A DNA stretch of 64,000 nt, from the NCBI RefSeq assembly GCF_009914755.1, contig NC_060946.1. One strand, 5' to 3'. This stretch comes from the human T2T-CHM13v2.0 reference genome, Homo sapiens. Each line of letters opens with the position of its first letter. Within the stretch, counting starts at the first letter, position 1. A model generated the notes under the pieces. The model had not been told where the DNA came from and did no database searches. It was given only the letters and a program-made list of their open reading frames with translations. Made by a program: the position numbers and the translations under genes. Below, piece by piece: positions 46,421 to 64,000 of this stretch.

Positions 46421-47207
46421 CCCATCCTCAAAGCATGGAAACATTCCCAGGAATAAAGCAGGCAAAGGCCAGCGTGGCACAGATTCCAAAAACAGCTCAA
46501 GACTGACTTCTTTGAAAGAACTGTCAGTCTCAGGTCAGCCTTGTGATCACAAACCCACAAGAAAATGGTTCTAAGTTCTGCAGAAGGGAAAGGCCAGAAC
46601 AATGCAAGAAGCCGCAGTCAAGCCGCAGTCACCACAATCATCGTGTGATGGGAAGTGGCTCTACTCAGAATGGGAACAGGACCACGCTTCAGTTCAAAAT
46701 TACACTTGCTAGAAAGTCACCCAAGGATCTTGGTGGCTCACGGCTGACAGTGAATGAAAAGCCCGCAAATTTAAAAAAAAATCTCATACCCTACTTGACT
46801 GACTTCCTAACAAATTCCCACAACTTTCTGGTATTTCTGAGAACTTCTTACACTCTGCACTCTTCCTTACCCAGCTTTCCCTTGCCTTCCATATTTTTCC
46901 GCTCCCATGCCCCACACCCAGCCCCCCAGCTACAGGACTTATACTCACTTGTTCAGATTATGCACAAAGAAAAAAATTCAACGAATTCATTTACCCCAAT
47001 TTAGAAATGGAAATACCTGATAAAGAGAGCTAAAAGGGATACAGAACAAACCAGGTATGAAATAGCACATTTTCAAGTCACCCCAAGTGTGTCCCCAAAA
47101 AACAGAACCCAGCACTGTCCCAAGAGTGAGTTACACAGACTCTCCTGAACACCCTCCTGGCATATGTCCTCATGTTTGGGACACAGGATTTGCTATTAAA
47201 GAGTGCT

Positions 47208-47462
47208 GCACTTTGGGAGGCTGAGGTGGGCAGATCACGAGGTCAGAAGTTTGAGGCCCGCCTGATCAACATGGTGAAACCCCATCTCTACTAAAAATAT
47301 AAAAATTAGCCGGGCGTGGCAGTACATACCTGTAATCCCACTACTCAGGAGGCTGAGGCAGGAGAATCGCTAGAACCGGGAGGCAGAGGTTGCAGTGAGC
47401 CGAGATAACACCATTGCACTCCAGCCTGGGCGACAGAGCCAGACTGGGTCTCAAAAAAAAAA
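47208..47462 (+). mobile_element. 5'-truncated AluSg-like SINE
   Basis: Starts at gcactttggg; TSD aaagagtgct after TT. Confidence 0.88.
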
Positions 47463-47910
47463 GAGTGCTACATGGCTCAAAGCCGGAGCAAATAAGACGG
47501 CCAACAGAACATCAGTATGTAAGTTAAATGTTTTATTTCTTTCTAATCTTATCTGAACAATATAGGCAGAGATGGACTGCCAAAATATGTTGTGGGGATC
47601 AGGGTAGAAGACAGTTTAAGTTTTTCATTCTGGTAACTTGTCCACATAACCCAAATTCATTTCTTGCTGTTAAATTTCGTGTCTTATACTAGAGTAAATA
47701 AAGCTGAAAATCTCATTAGATAACACGAGGGAGTTAAGGTTACACTGGGAAACAGCACTGCCCCATTTTCTTGGCTTTTGCTTAAATGTAACCTCAGTAC
47801 ACTTGTATCCAACCTCCAGCTATTCCCAGAAGCCTGGAACCAATCACTGTGTTCAGCAGTCATCAGTTTATGGCTGGTTTTTTATTTTAAATCAGTGGCA
47901 TGATGAATAA

Positions 47911-47930
47911 AATATACATGTATATATGTG

Positions 47931-48006
<76 letters not shown>

Positions 48007-48073
48007 TTGAGACAGAGTCTCACTCTGTCGCCCAGGCTGGAGTACACTGGCGCGATCTCGGCTCACTACAAGC
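47911..48073 (-). repeat. (TA)n(TG)n(TA)n microsatellite fused to the poly-T of a short Alu 3' fragment (47989-48073)
   Basis: Compound dinucleotide run at 47911-47988, T-run, then gagacagagtctc...ctacaagct. Confidence 0.9.
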
Positions 48074-48151
48074 TTTAAAGAGCTTTTGTGACTTAGTTTC
48101 TGCTTCAAAGGATTTTAAGTTTGCAAAAGCTATAACAGTCACCAAACATAA

Positions 48152-48501
<350 letters not shown>

Positions 48502-49121
48502 AGAGACTTAACTACAATAGAAATATCTGAAAGCACAGAAAACTGATGTGCAAATCTAGGTTTACTCAAGAATCGAGAGTAAATTTGACATCACCAAAAT
48601 TAAAAACGTGTATGCTTCAAAGCATAAAAGACACCATCCAGAAAGTGAAAACACACCTACAGAATAGGGAAAAATATCTGCAAATCAGGTAACTGATAGG
48701 GAACTTGTATCCAGAAGACATAAAGAACTCTTACAACTCAATAATAAAAAGGTAACCCAACTTTTTAAACAGCCAAAGGATTTGGACAGATATTTATCTA
48801 AGGAAGACCCAGAAGCACAAGAAAAGAAAGACGCCAATAAGCACATGAAAGGATGCTCAACATCGGCAACCATTAGGGAAATGCAAATCAAACCCTCAAA
48901 TGAGGTATCACTTCATACCCACTAGGAAGACTATAATAAAAAAAAAAAAAAGACAGACAATAACAAGTGTTGACAAGGATGTGGGGAAACTGGAACCCTC
49001 CTATGTTGCTGGTGGGAAAGTAAAATAGTGCTGCAACTTTGGAAAAGTTTGACAGCTCCTCAAAAAGTTAAACATAGAGTTACCATATGACCCAGCAATT
49101 TCACTCTTAGGTATATACTCA

Positions 49122-49467
<346 letters not shown>

Positions 49468-49918
49468 TACACCTACACAAAAACTTGCACATGACTATTC
49501 ATAGCAATATTCCAAATAGTCAAAAAGTGGAAATAACTCAAATGCCTATCAACTACTGAATGGATAAAGAAAATGTGGTGCATACATAAAATGGAATATT
49601 ATTCTGCCATGAAAAGGAATGAAATTCTGACACATGCTACAACATGAATGAATCTTGAAAACACCATGCTAAGTGAAAGCAGCCAGTTACTAAAGGGCAA
49701 ATATTGTATGACTACATTTACATGAAATGTTCAGAATAGCAAATCAGAAAGAAAGTAGATGAGTAGTTGGCCATGGCTCAGGAGAGGGGCTGGAGAAGGT
49801 GACAGTAACTCCTACGGGTACAAGGCTTCTTTTGGGGATGATAAAAATGTTCTATAATTGAATGACTGTAGTGATGGTTGCAAAACTCTGCATATAATAA
49901 AACCATTGAACTGTACAC

Positions 49919-50219
49919 TTTTTTTTTTTTTTGAGACAGAGTCTCCCTCTGTCACCCAGGCTGAAGTGCAGTGGCACAATCTCAGCTCACTGTTACCTCC
50001 GTCTCCCAGGTTCAAACAATTCTCCTACTTCAGGCTCCTGAGTAGAGTAGCTGGGATTACAGGCACCTACCACCACACCCAGCTAATTTTTGTAGTTTTA
50101 GTAGAGATGGGGTTTCACCACGTTGGCTAGGCTGGTCTCAAGCTCCTGACCTCAGGTGATCTGCCCGCCTCGGCCTCCCAAAGTGCTGGGATTACAGGTG
50201 TGAGCCACCGTGCCTGGCC
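49919..50219 (-). mobile_element. AluSx-like SINE
   Basis: Reverse dimer; TSD-like gtacactt on both sides. Confidence 0.9.
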
Positions 50220-50292
50220 TGAGCGGTACACTTAAAATGAATGAATGGTATGTGAATTATATAATAAAGCTGTTTAAAAGAAAAAAAAAACT

Positions 50293-50608
<316 letters not shown>

Positions 50609-50661
50609 TCACCATATTCTCGAAAGGGCCTGCCATATAGTAGGTATAAACATATGTAAAT

Positions 50662-50949
50662 GGCCCAGGTACAGTGGCTCACGCCTGTAATCCCAGCACT
50701 TTGGGAGGCCGAGGCGAGCGGATCACCTGAGGTCAGGAGTTCGAGACCAGCCTGGCCAACGTGGCGAAACCCCGTCTCTACTAAAAATACAAAAATTAGC
50801 TGGGAGTGGTGCTGGGCGCCTGTAATCCCAGCTACTCGGGAGTGTGAGGCAGGAGAATCACTTGAACCCAGGAGGTGAGGGTTGCAGTGAGCCAAGATCG
50901 AGCCACTGTACTCCAGCCTAGACAACAAGGTGAAACTCCATCTCAAAAA
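50662..50949 (+). mobile_element. AluSx-like SINE
   Basis: Dimer; TSD core tatgtaaa. Confidence 0.9.
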
Positions 50950-51210
50950 CAGTATGTAAACGTTGGTAAAAAGAATAGAGATGTTGAGTCTTTTTACCAA
51001 AGATTTCATTAGAGGAATTCCCCACGGCATCCAGCGCCTTCTACAACAGTCCCAGCCTAGAGGAAACAGATCCCTCCAGCACCTTCTCCCAGCCCAGCAC
51101 ACCACCAATCAGGCTGATCTCTGTCTAAAGTCTCTTCTCAACTGGAGTGCTGCTATGAGGCTTTACTGGTGGATTTAAAAAAACAACAACAACAAAAAAA
51201 AAACCCACAG

Positions 51211-51526
51211 GTTTTTTTGTTGTTGTTTTTGGTTTTTTATAATTTTTGACACAGGGTCTCACTTTGTCACCTAGGCCGGAGTACAGCACAATCATGGTTC
51301 ACTACAGCCTTGACCTCCTGGGCTCAAGCAATCCTCCTGGCCTCAGCCTCCTGAGGAGCTGGGACTGTTGGCACATGCCACCACACCTAACTAATATTTT
51401 AATTTTGTATAGAAAAGGGGTCTCATTATATTGTCCAGACTGGTCTGGAACTGCTGGGCTCAAGTGATCCTCCCACCTTGGCCTCCCAAAGTGCTAGGAT
51501 TACAGGGTGAACCACCGCACCTGGCC
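51211..51526 (-). mobile_element. AluJ-like SINE
   Basis: Diverged reverse dimer with a (GTT)/T tail. Confidence 0.85.
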
Positions 51527-52140
51527 CCCAGCAAGTCTTTCTGAAAGTGGGTAATATGAGCTCTTGAGGAACAGGAGGAAGCATGGGATGTAGCCCTCTC
51601 TAGCAGTCTGGCTAGAGGCCGAATTAGCATTCGTGAAACAGCAGCAGCTCAGGGCAGGGGAATGGAGATAAACTGGGAAATAAAGACGGAAAGGGCCTTT
51701 GGTGGAAGGAGGGATATTCTTCTGGGCTTCCAAAAGGAAATTGCTGCAAACTACTTTCCTGCCTTCCCCATTCCGCAATCAGAATTAACGGCCTCCTCCA
51801 CAGCATTTTGTTCAAATCCGCCTGCTATCACAGCTGACTGCACACACGTCTGGCTCCCTACCATGGAATACCCTCCTAGTGGGCACGGACAACTTTCGGC
51901 TCCTGTAAAACCATCAGCAGAGTCTTGAGCACAGGAACTGGACAGTCTGTATTTGCTGAACTTAAGTATTTACTTCACAACAATTACTACTTTAACACCT
52001 CTTTTCTGAAGCCTATAAGTATTTGTGGCAACGGAGAAAAGGAGGCAGAATCCTCAGGCTGTCAACATGCCCTTCATGCAACCTACAACGAGCAGCTGTG
52101 CACTCCAGCCACACCCACTTTCTCCAGAGTGCCACAGTTT

Positions 52141-52174
52141 CCGTCTTATCATTCCGCCCGTCTTATCATTCCGC
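52141..52174. repeat. Perfect 17-bp tandem duplication
   Basis: ccgtcttatcattccgc x2. Confidence 0.95.
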
Positions 52175-52425
52175 GGCAGCAAACCAGCTGCCCGTCTGCT
52201 CCTCTGCCTCAGCCTCGCCCAGATGCGGCTGTGCTGGCCTGTCACCCTCAGTTCCTGCTCAACTGCACCCTCACTTCCGACTAAGTGCCAGGTCCTGCAC
52301 TTTCGCTGGGCCTGCCCCGGCCCCCACCAGTGCCCTGCACACTTGGAGGTGTCTGTGATCATCTGTCTATTGGTCCCCCCCAGACACTGTGGACTGCAGG
52401 AGGGCAGTATTTACTTCACCCACTG

Positions 52426-53568
<1,143 letters not shown>

Positions 53569-53789
53569 ATTCCCAGCATTCAGTACACGAAAGGTGGTGA
53601 CGGCACTTGTGGAAACACAGCACAGCCCCGCAGTGGCTTCACTCCTGAAGTCTGTGCTCCAAAGGGAATGCAGGCTTTCCCACAGCCGGGCACTGGAGAA
53701 ACTGCACGTGCAACACGTTATCTTTTCAAAAACAGGGGAAAATGCCATTTTAAAAACTCAGCATACGCTGAAATATAAAATGTTTTCTT

Positions 53790-54190
<401 letters not shown>

Positions 54191-54473
54191 AGTTTTAATA
54201 CATTCTCCCTGAGGTACTTCTTCCACAGAAACACTTAGGCAGCAGGGAAGCGCATTTTAAATCCTTCAACAGTCTGACTGGGTTTAGCACCCTGGGTGGC
54301 ATTAGTCACAGGGTATTCCTTAAAGCTTGTGAGCTCGGCTCCTCATCTGGAAAGGACAGAGTCCAAAAAGTACCTCAGACCCGAAGGACCTTGGGCTGAG
54401 GCCACAGCCTGGGAATGCCTCTGGGCCCCATGGGTCTCTTCTAGCTCAGCAGGTCTCTCTCATTCTGTCTACT

Positions 54474-54583
54474 GTTTTTTCTTTTTTTAGAGAAGGGGTC
54501 TCACTTTGTTGCCCAGGTTGGTCTCTCCCGCCTCGGCCTCCCAAAGCGCTGGGATTACAGCTGTGACCCACCGCGCGTGGCCA
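54474..54583 (-). mobile_element. Alu left-monomer fragment
   Basis: tttagagaaggggtctcactttgttgcccagg...cccaaagcgctgggattacag. Confidence 0.75.
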
Positions 54584-54800
54584 AATCTGTCTCTTCTCAC
54601 ATTGCTGCACCACCTTCCCTTCAACCTCCTTGGGTCTTCACCCCTCCCCATTTCCCTGGGACCCTCCCTGCACCCCCCTAGGCTGGCTTTGGCCCTTGGC
54701 TTCCCAGCATCCTTCCCACTCTTTTAACAACCAATGGTCTTAATTTCACCTGCTGCTGTCACTAGTAACTCCTAAGTCCACACGGGACTATGGGCACACT

Positions 54801-54908
54801 CATCTCTACCTATTATCCTCATGACAGAACCCTGTGCGCCCCAAGGATGGAGACCATCTCTACCTATTATCCTCATGACAGAACCCTGTGCGCCCCAAGG
54901 ATGGAGAC
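54801..54908. repeat. Perfect 54-bp tandem duplication
   Basis: catctctacctattatcctcatgacagaaccctgtgcgccccaaggatggagac x2 with no mismatches. Confidence 0.97.
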
Positions 54909-55209
54909 CGGCAGTGTCCTTCAGACTCAGCTGCACCTCCAAACTCTGACTCTGTACTCCCAAGTACAAGGCTGAAGCTAAATCTGCCTCCTCAGAGTCT
55001 CCACATGGCTTACCTCCCTAGAAGGCAGTGCTGCTTGTCCCACACCAGGTCTTCTGGTCCACGCCTCTTCTCCGTCCCCAGTTAGTACCCTGTCCTCACC
55101 ACCCCACCCTCCAGTGGACACCATTCCACACTGCCCGCCACACCTTCATCCTCTCTGGACACCTTCACACCATGCCACTTCCTATGGAAGAACCCTATGC
55201 TAAAGGTGC

Positions 55210-55460
55210 CCTATCAGACTCCGAGAGAATATTCTTGTTCCCAGGAAACAGACACTGAAGGATTCAGGAGTCAAGGGAGACACTTTCACTAATTTACAAA
55301 TTGTTCTGGGAAAAAAATTCAAAGAGAAGAAAAAAATATGAAAAAGTAAATGGGGCAAAACGCAAATCATCGTGACTCTAGGTGAAGGGTAAATAGGAAC
55401 TCATGTACTATTCTCAAACTTTTCTGAAATTATACCAAAATAAAGCTATCCCCAAAAAAT
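55210..55460 (+). mobile_element. L1ME-like 3' UTR fragment
   Basis: gtaaatggggcaaaa...ctaggtgaaggg...tgtactattctc...aaattataccaaaataaa. Confidence 0.6.
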
Positions 55461-55949
55461 CCAAACCCTCACCTTAGCGTCAAAGTTCAACAATCAACAG
55501 CTCTTCTTAGAAGCCACTCCTGCCAGGCAAGTTCCATCTATCTGACATCTTGTTTCTGCCCCACTCTCAACACCTAGACTCAGGATTTCCCTGGTCCCTC
55601 CCTGCCAACCCACTTCCTCCACTGCCCTGAGAGCCAGTTCCTGACTCACTTCTTCCAGGGGTGCTGAGGAAGGAAAGGAACTAACATTCCCCAACCACCT
55701 GCTGCCAGCCAGGCCAACACTGCGCTCGACACATACCATACAGTGTTTCACCTAATTCTGCGAACGCCTCTGCGAGGAAGGCCTCCCTGGAGACTCGGAG
55801 AGATAAAGACACTGGTCCAAGATTACGCAGACACCGATGCAGAGCTGGAACAGGGACCCAGTGGCCTGTGCCACCCACAGCATTGACCCACACCTCACTG
55901 CTCCCTGACGCCTTCCCAGACCTCCCCCCCACCCCCCACGCCCCACCCA

Positions 55950-56600
55950 GTCACTTGCTCAGTGAACACAGATGGGCTGCTTTGCCCCAGGTCCTGCTCT
56001 AAATGCTTAGGGATCTGTCAGAGAACAAAACAAACAGGGTTTCTGACTTCATGAAGCTTCCATTTTTGTGGGAGGAGATGGACAATAAAAGCTGTATTTA
56101 TTAAACACTTATAGCACTGACTCCACGGCAGGTGTTATGCTATGCATTTTATAAATATAAATTCATTTGATCCTCACAAAAATTCTGAGTTAGGTATTGT
56201 TCATACAAATGAGGAAACCAAGGCAAAGGGGTTAAATAATCCACCCAAAGCCACACGAGTAGCAAGTGGTGAAGCCACAACTCAACCCCAGGCAGCCTGG
56301 CTCCAGAGCCCAGGCCCTCCACCTCTCAGTAAGCATGAGTGAGCAACACAGCATGCTAGAGGGTGAGTGCCCCGGAAAAATGGAGAGTAAGGCAGAGTAA
56401 AGGGAATCCGGAGCACGGAGGGAAGGAGACACACTGACATTTTAAACTGGGAGGCATGAGGATTCCCAGAGGAGCTGACATCTGAGCAAAGCCACGCAAG
56501 AGTTGAGGGAGTCTGCATGCAATATTGCAGGAAAGAGTGTTTCAGGGAGGGGGAGTCTGTCCCACAGCCCTGAGGCAGGGTGTGCCTGGAGCACGGGAGG
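55950..56600 (-). mobile_element. L2 fragment interrupted by a MIR (56095-56330)
   Basis: L2 ggtcctgctctaaatgcttaggg...ttcatgaagctt; MIR attcatttgatcctcacaa...atgaggaaaccaaggc. Confidence 0.6.
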
Positions 56601-57288
56601 AAGGTCCGGCCAGGGAGGGGACAGCCCCTGCCTTTTGTGCAGCAGAATGCCCGAGCGTGCTGCGTGCCCAATTCCCTGCCTCCCTGGTGGCCCGTGCTGC
56701 TCTTTCAGTATTCACCTTGACTTCCAACGTGAACCATGAACTCTGAGAACAGAGCCCGTAACCTCTACTCCCTCTGCTTGTCCCTGGTACTTTCAAGCTG
56801 ATGTTTGCTGGATCTGTCTGCCTTGCCTTGCGGATTCCACAAAACTACAAGGTCCGGGAGGATGAGCAGGTCCTGCCAGGGAAGCTTCTGACACCTCTGT
56901 CACTGGTCCTCCTACACTAGTGGTGAGCAGTAGCCTCTGCCTGGGGCGGGGAAGCAGAAGTAAATGGCGCTTGTATTCTGTATTTTCAAAGCCTGCCTGC
57001 CCAATTCTATATTCAAATTTTATTCCCAGTAGGCCCCTTTAAACTGGTAGGCAGCCAATTCCACCCTACTTGACAAATGGCAAAATCATCAGGTAACTCA
57101 CCTGAACTCACTGTGCAGCAGCAGAATCGAGGCTTTCTCATCTAGACTGGGAGATCAGAGTCTGCAGAGGCCACTCGCATCTTCACCCTCCTTTAGGACC
57201 CACCCACCTTCTCTCAGGCCCAGCCCCAGGCCCTGCAGAACTCATGACTCTTGAATTTCAGATGTGCTGGGACACAAGAATCACTCTT

Positions 57289-58011
<723 letters not shown>

Positions 58012-58342
58012 TTAGCTAAACGCAGTGAGTCACCCACTTCACACAGAGAAAAATGCATCCCTCTACTCCTGTCTCATCACGCACAGAATGCCCAGATTTC
58101 TTTCCCATAGTTCCCCTTGAACTATGCAGGCTACTCATAAGGAATTAAGGAATATGCATCAGACACTTCCCTATTTCTAGTTTCAGTCTTTTAAGTAGCC
58201 AAAAGAAAATGCCTTTTTGTCCTACATCAGAAATGGTAGGATACCTCTTTTCTCCCATTTATTTCCAAAGTAGATTACACCAATTTAATTCCATTTTATT
58301 TTCTAGAGTAAGCATACAAAAAAATCCATCCTGGAAGAATCA

Positions 58343-58741
<399 letters not shown>

Positions 58742-59099
58742 TCAGGAGATGGCCTTCCTCCTGGAGGCAGCAGGGACTGGCAGGAGCTTTGTGAAGGAAA
58801 GTACGGTCCCCGCCCTCTGCAGCTTAGATGCTCAAGACAAGTGATCGGTGAGCCCTAGGCCTGCTCTCCCTCTAGGCCACTGCTGGGCCTTCTGCCCCCT
58901 GGGCAGCCTAGCATGCGTGCTGGGGAACCGCTGCAGGTGTGTGGGTGCAGAGACGGGCAGGTACCTACCCACCTGTATGGAACAGCTGCCACGTCACTAT
59001 TTACCTATGGCAGGTACTCCGAGCAAGAGCAATTGGAGAGATGCTAGCTTCAAAGACAGAAACAGCACTGTCACTGGGAACTTTCTCGATCACTGTCCT

Positions 59100-60403
<1,304 letters not shown>

Positions 60404-61829
60404 CCCCGGCTGATCTTGCTTGACTCAGTTCTCCCGCCTCCACAAGATTAACTGACCTAAAACTCGACTTCCGCCGTCGCTCTGTGTTCAAACCCCCGGC
60501 AGGTTCCCCGATGCCCATAAAGCCCACACTGTACCCTGACATCCATTTGACCAGGAGAATAAACAAGAAAGCCCTCAACGCCATGCCTTTGCTCATGCTG
60601 TTCTCTGCCTTTCAGGAAGCCCTTCCTGCCTTCCACCGCTAAGCCTGCCGCTACCTTACCTTGCCCTTGCAGTCAGGGCAAGGCTCTGGGAATGCTCCCA
60701 GCTCCCTGTGCTCTGCTCCCACAGCTCCCTATACTTACCCTCATCATAGCTCTTACCACACAGCGCTGAAATCAACTATTTGTGTGTCTGTCTTGCCAGC
60801 TGCAGCAAGATCCCAGAGGGCAAGGAATACATCTTATTTATCTCCCACCACCCAGACAGAACCCGGTACAGCAGCTCATCAATGCTGAAGGCAACCCCAG
60901 CCTGGCCAGGCTGGCCTCCTCGCTGCCCCTGAATGCATGCTGCTCACGCTCAACCCTGAGCCTGCGCTCACCCCAGCACCCCCACATCTCACTTAAGACA
61001 ATCCTACCATGGCCTGAGCACAGTTCAAATTGCATCTCCTCCGTAGGCCCACGGAAGTCAACATGGTCACAGGTTCAAACCCCCAACTCCTCTCACCCAT
61101 GTGCCAAGTGCCCTTGCACAAGATGCTTCTGTCTCTGGGTCCTCATCTGTAAAGAGGGAATGACTCAGTATCCCCTAACTTGCAGGGCTGACAACGCATA
61201 TAAAGCTTCTGAACCAGTGCTTGGCATATAATAGATTTTCAAGAAGTAATAGTTAGCATGCTTGTTTTCCCGAATCACACCATCTATGCCTATTTCATCC
61301 CTTTTCTTCCCCATAACTGTTGTGTATATTACCCTGGCTCTCCTGAGGCAGGTTTGTCATGAGCAGAGACAAGGTCGTAGTACACTTTCATGAAGCCGCC
61401 CCTGCCCTAAAACCCAGGGCAACACAACACGTGGAAAAAGGGACCAACGGATACAACTTTAATAAATAAGTTATTTCAGGAGGCTTAAAGAATTGCTAAT
61501 AAAAAAAAAATGCAAAGCCCCAGGGGATCAGGAGTGAGCTAGAGAGCAGGCTTTTGCAGATGCTTTCATATTGATGAGAAAGGCAGTTAGAGAGCGGGAG
61601 CAAGCGGGATGAGGAGGGGACCAGCAAGATAGGAAAGAACTCCCCCTTGGAGGGCACTGTTCATTCTCACCCATCCAAACACCGCAAAGAAACCTGTGCT
61701 GACTCACTGGATAGTCTGGACCCAGCATGCTCCCCTGAAGACTGTCTCTGGATGACAGGAAGCCCCAAGCCTCAGAATTCCATTCCAAGTTTCATGAGCA
61801 CCAGTCAGTGACAGTACCAGCTGATGCGT

Positions 61830-62200
61830 GGGGTGCTCACTGGGTGCTTACCACGTGCTGGGAGGATTCTAAATGCTTGTGACCATACAAGGTGAGTAGG
61901 ACTGTTACGCCCTTCATTGCACAGATGAGGAAACTGAGTCTCGGGAGGATAAGGAACACACTCCCGGTCACACACTCTAGTAACCGGTATAGTACAGCAC
62001 AGTCGGGTTCCAGAGTCCAAACTCTTAACCACAACACAGTTTGAGTGTCTTACTCTGATTTAGCTCCACCATTTACCGGGTGAGAGATCTCAGGCAAGTC
62101 ATCTAACCTCACTGCGCCTCATCTTTCAAGTGGGCCTCATACGGGTAACTCTGTAAGATTGTCATGAGGATTGAAGGCGATCATGCCATGACACATATTA
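61830..62200. mobile_element. MIR fragments in opposite orientations
   Basis: acagatgaggaaactgag...ccagagtccaaactcttaaccac, then caggcaagtcatctaacctcactgcgcctc...gtcatgaggattgaa. Confidence 0.65.
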
Positions 62201-64000
62201 TGAAGCGGACTCCTGAGAAATCAGTTCTCTCCCACTTTTCCCATATCCCAATATAAGTGAGGTTTTTAGCCAAACCCCTTGACCTCTTTTACTACTGGGA
62301 ATGATCTATATGCCCTGCTGGATTTTCTTGCCTGCCTGTGCCTAAGCATTTGGACCTCATAAAAGCTTACAAAAATGGCCTGGAGACAAGCATTAAAGGA
62401 AAGCAACTGCACACGGAGCTGAGTGGGGCAGCGCAGCAGAGATGGTCCACACGGCTCCTGGCGTGCAGATGAATACTGCATGAGCAGAGGCTGGGCCAGC
62501 CAGGCCCTGCCAGGACGTGCCACAACTGACAGCCCGTGACAGCACCTAGATCCATGTGCCGCACCAACAGGCCCAGATGACAGGCCTGGGAGGCTGCAGG
62601 CAGAGCCAGGAGCACCTGTGCCTCTGAGCCTGCGTGTGTGTAAGTGCTGTAGGGGGACAAAGAGGGGCAGGCAGGTGAAAGTGACAGGCAGTCATTCCCA
62701 CCAATGGTGGGATATCAGACTGCCTAAAATATTGTCTATAGCAAGGTAAATTTTTAAATTCCTACAGAAGGAATTGTTGCAAAATTCTTTTACTGTGAAG
62801 AATTTAATTTCAAGTCAAGACGTACAGATACACACTAGTTTATTTTGAAGATAAATCCACGTTTCCATACATCAATTTTGCCTGAAGGGTAAGAGACACC
62901 TTAAAGCCATGAACCCTTCCCCTGGGCTGGTGGTCATGCACAGAAGGAACTTGTCATAAGCAGCATGTAAAAGTGTCCTTCATGTTAGCCAGTCAGCTAT
63001 ATTAATACAGCAGGAAGCAGAGATCAGGTGTTTAACTCATTTATAGAAGACATAAGTAATTTCTATTTGAATGGACCTGATCAAATGGAACCAAAGGTCT
63101 TAGAAAATAAAAGGTTAAAACCCAAGCAAAACGGTATCTCACTCATCATATCCAGTAGTAAGAAGTCCTATTAGGCCTTTTCCCACAACACGTCAGCTTC
63201 CAAATACAGCACATGACAAAGAAATACTTCAGGGAGATGGAGGAATGGGGGGCTCGCTACTGTGCTGGCTAATGACATTATTACAAGGCTCCAACCAGCT
63301 TCGAGGCCGTGGTAGACACAGCACCGTGGTCCTAGGGTTAGAAAGGAGCCGTAGAAGCAGCATGAACAATCTAATGCCCAGAGCATGGATGAGGCGCCTC
63401 CATGCCCAGGACTGCTCCCACCCACCGTTGCTAGAGCACCTAGGAAAGGGCACAGACTGCAAAACCCTCCTCTAGGAAGGGCTGCCCAGTCCACTTGGGG
63501 CACCTATATCTCTCGATGAGTAGCTGGGCAAGGACAAGCACATTGAGAGCACCAGCTCCAAAGTGGTGACGGGCCCAAGGGCAGCCTGCAGGCAAGGGAA
63601 ATGGTCCCAGCCTTTCCTGCAGCCAAAGTGCAGGGCTGGTCCTCAGGAAGGAGTTGCAAAATGATCCTGTTTGCAAAACACAAACATTCCACAAACAGCA
63701 GACACAGGGGGTAGGCAAATTCTAGAAATTCTCAATCTTATGTGCAAGAAATAAAACCAAATCAAGAATATTTTACTAGTTGGCATAAATTTGCTTAGCA
63801 CTCTACGTCCAGGGCTTCCTGGCCAGTTAAATCCAGGTTACTGCACTTGCATGGCTGACAATGCATCCAACCCCTTAGAAATATCAACCTCTTGCAGACA
63901 CAGGCTGTCTTACCACGTGGCACTTACATACAACAGATGCTCAATAAATGTGCTGAAAAAAGTCAGTGTGTAAAGGATTCCTGAAGTAGGAATCCCCCCT

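Noticed and set aside
57095-57145. Perfect - strand donor CAG|GTGAGT with a nearby AG
   Set aside because: Appears to lie in a MIR-like fragment and has a weak pyrimidine tract.

Overview
Primate, most likely human, genomic DNA. It is Alu-dense (about 44 Alu copies or fragments of the J, S and Y subfamilies). It also holds one 5'-truncated L1PA5/6-like element (3517-8006), older L1M, L2 and MIR fragments, several solo LTRs (MST, MER31-like, LTR33-like, LTR41/52-like) and hAT DNA transposon relics (MER5, MER58, MER63). I find no supportable host protein-coding exon and no RNA gene; the long ORFs are L1 remnants, Alu read-through or chance. Every L1 lies on + and the + strand looks A/C-rich, which suggests a large intron of a gene transcribed on the - strand. 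I could not identify that gene. I see no novel gene system; the notable signals are structural. (1) A ~2.2 kb inversion between inverted Alus (~40555-42785), shown by a 15-bp target-site duplication (TSD) split onto opposite strands, indels at the same Alu position in both partners and an apparent flip in strand skew. (2) An L1 3' transduction: ~200 bp of foreign sequence lies inside the 17-bp TSD. (3) Two Alus inserted back-to-back on opposite strands of one palindromic endonuclease site. (4) A ~30-bp tandem array whose units pair a CCAAT-type box with TATAAAA. Repeat names and boundaries were called by eye from recalled consensus features and need RepeatMasker/Dfam confirmation.
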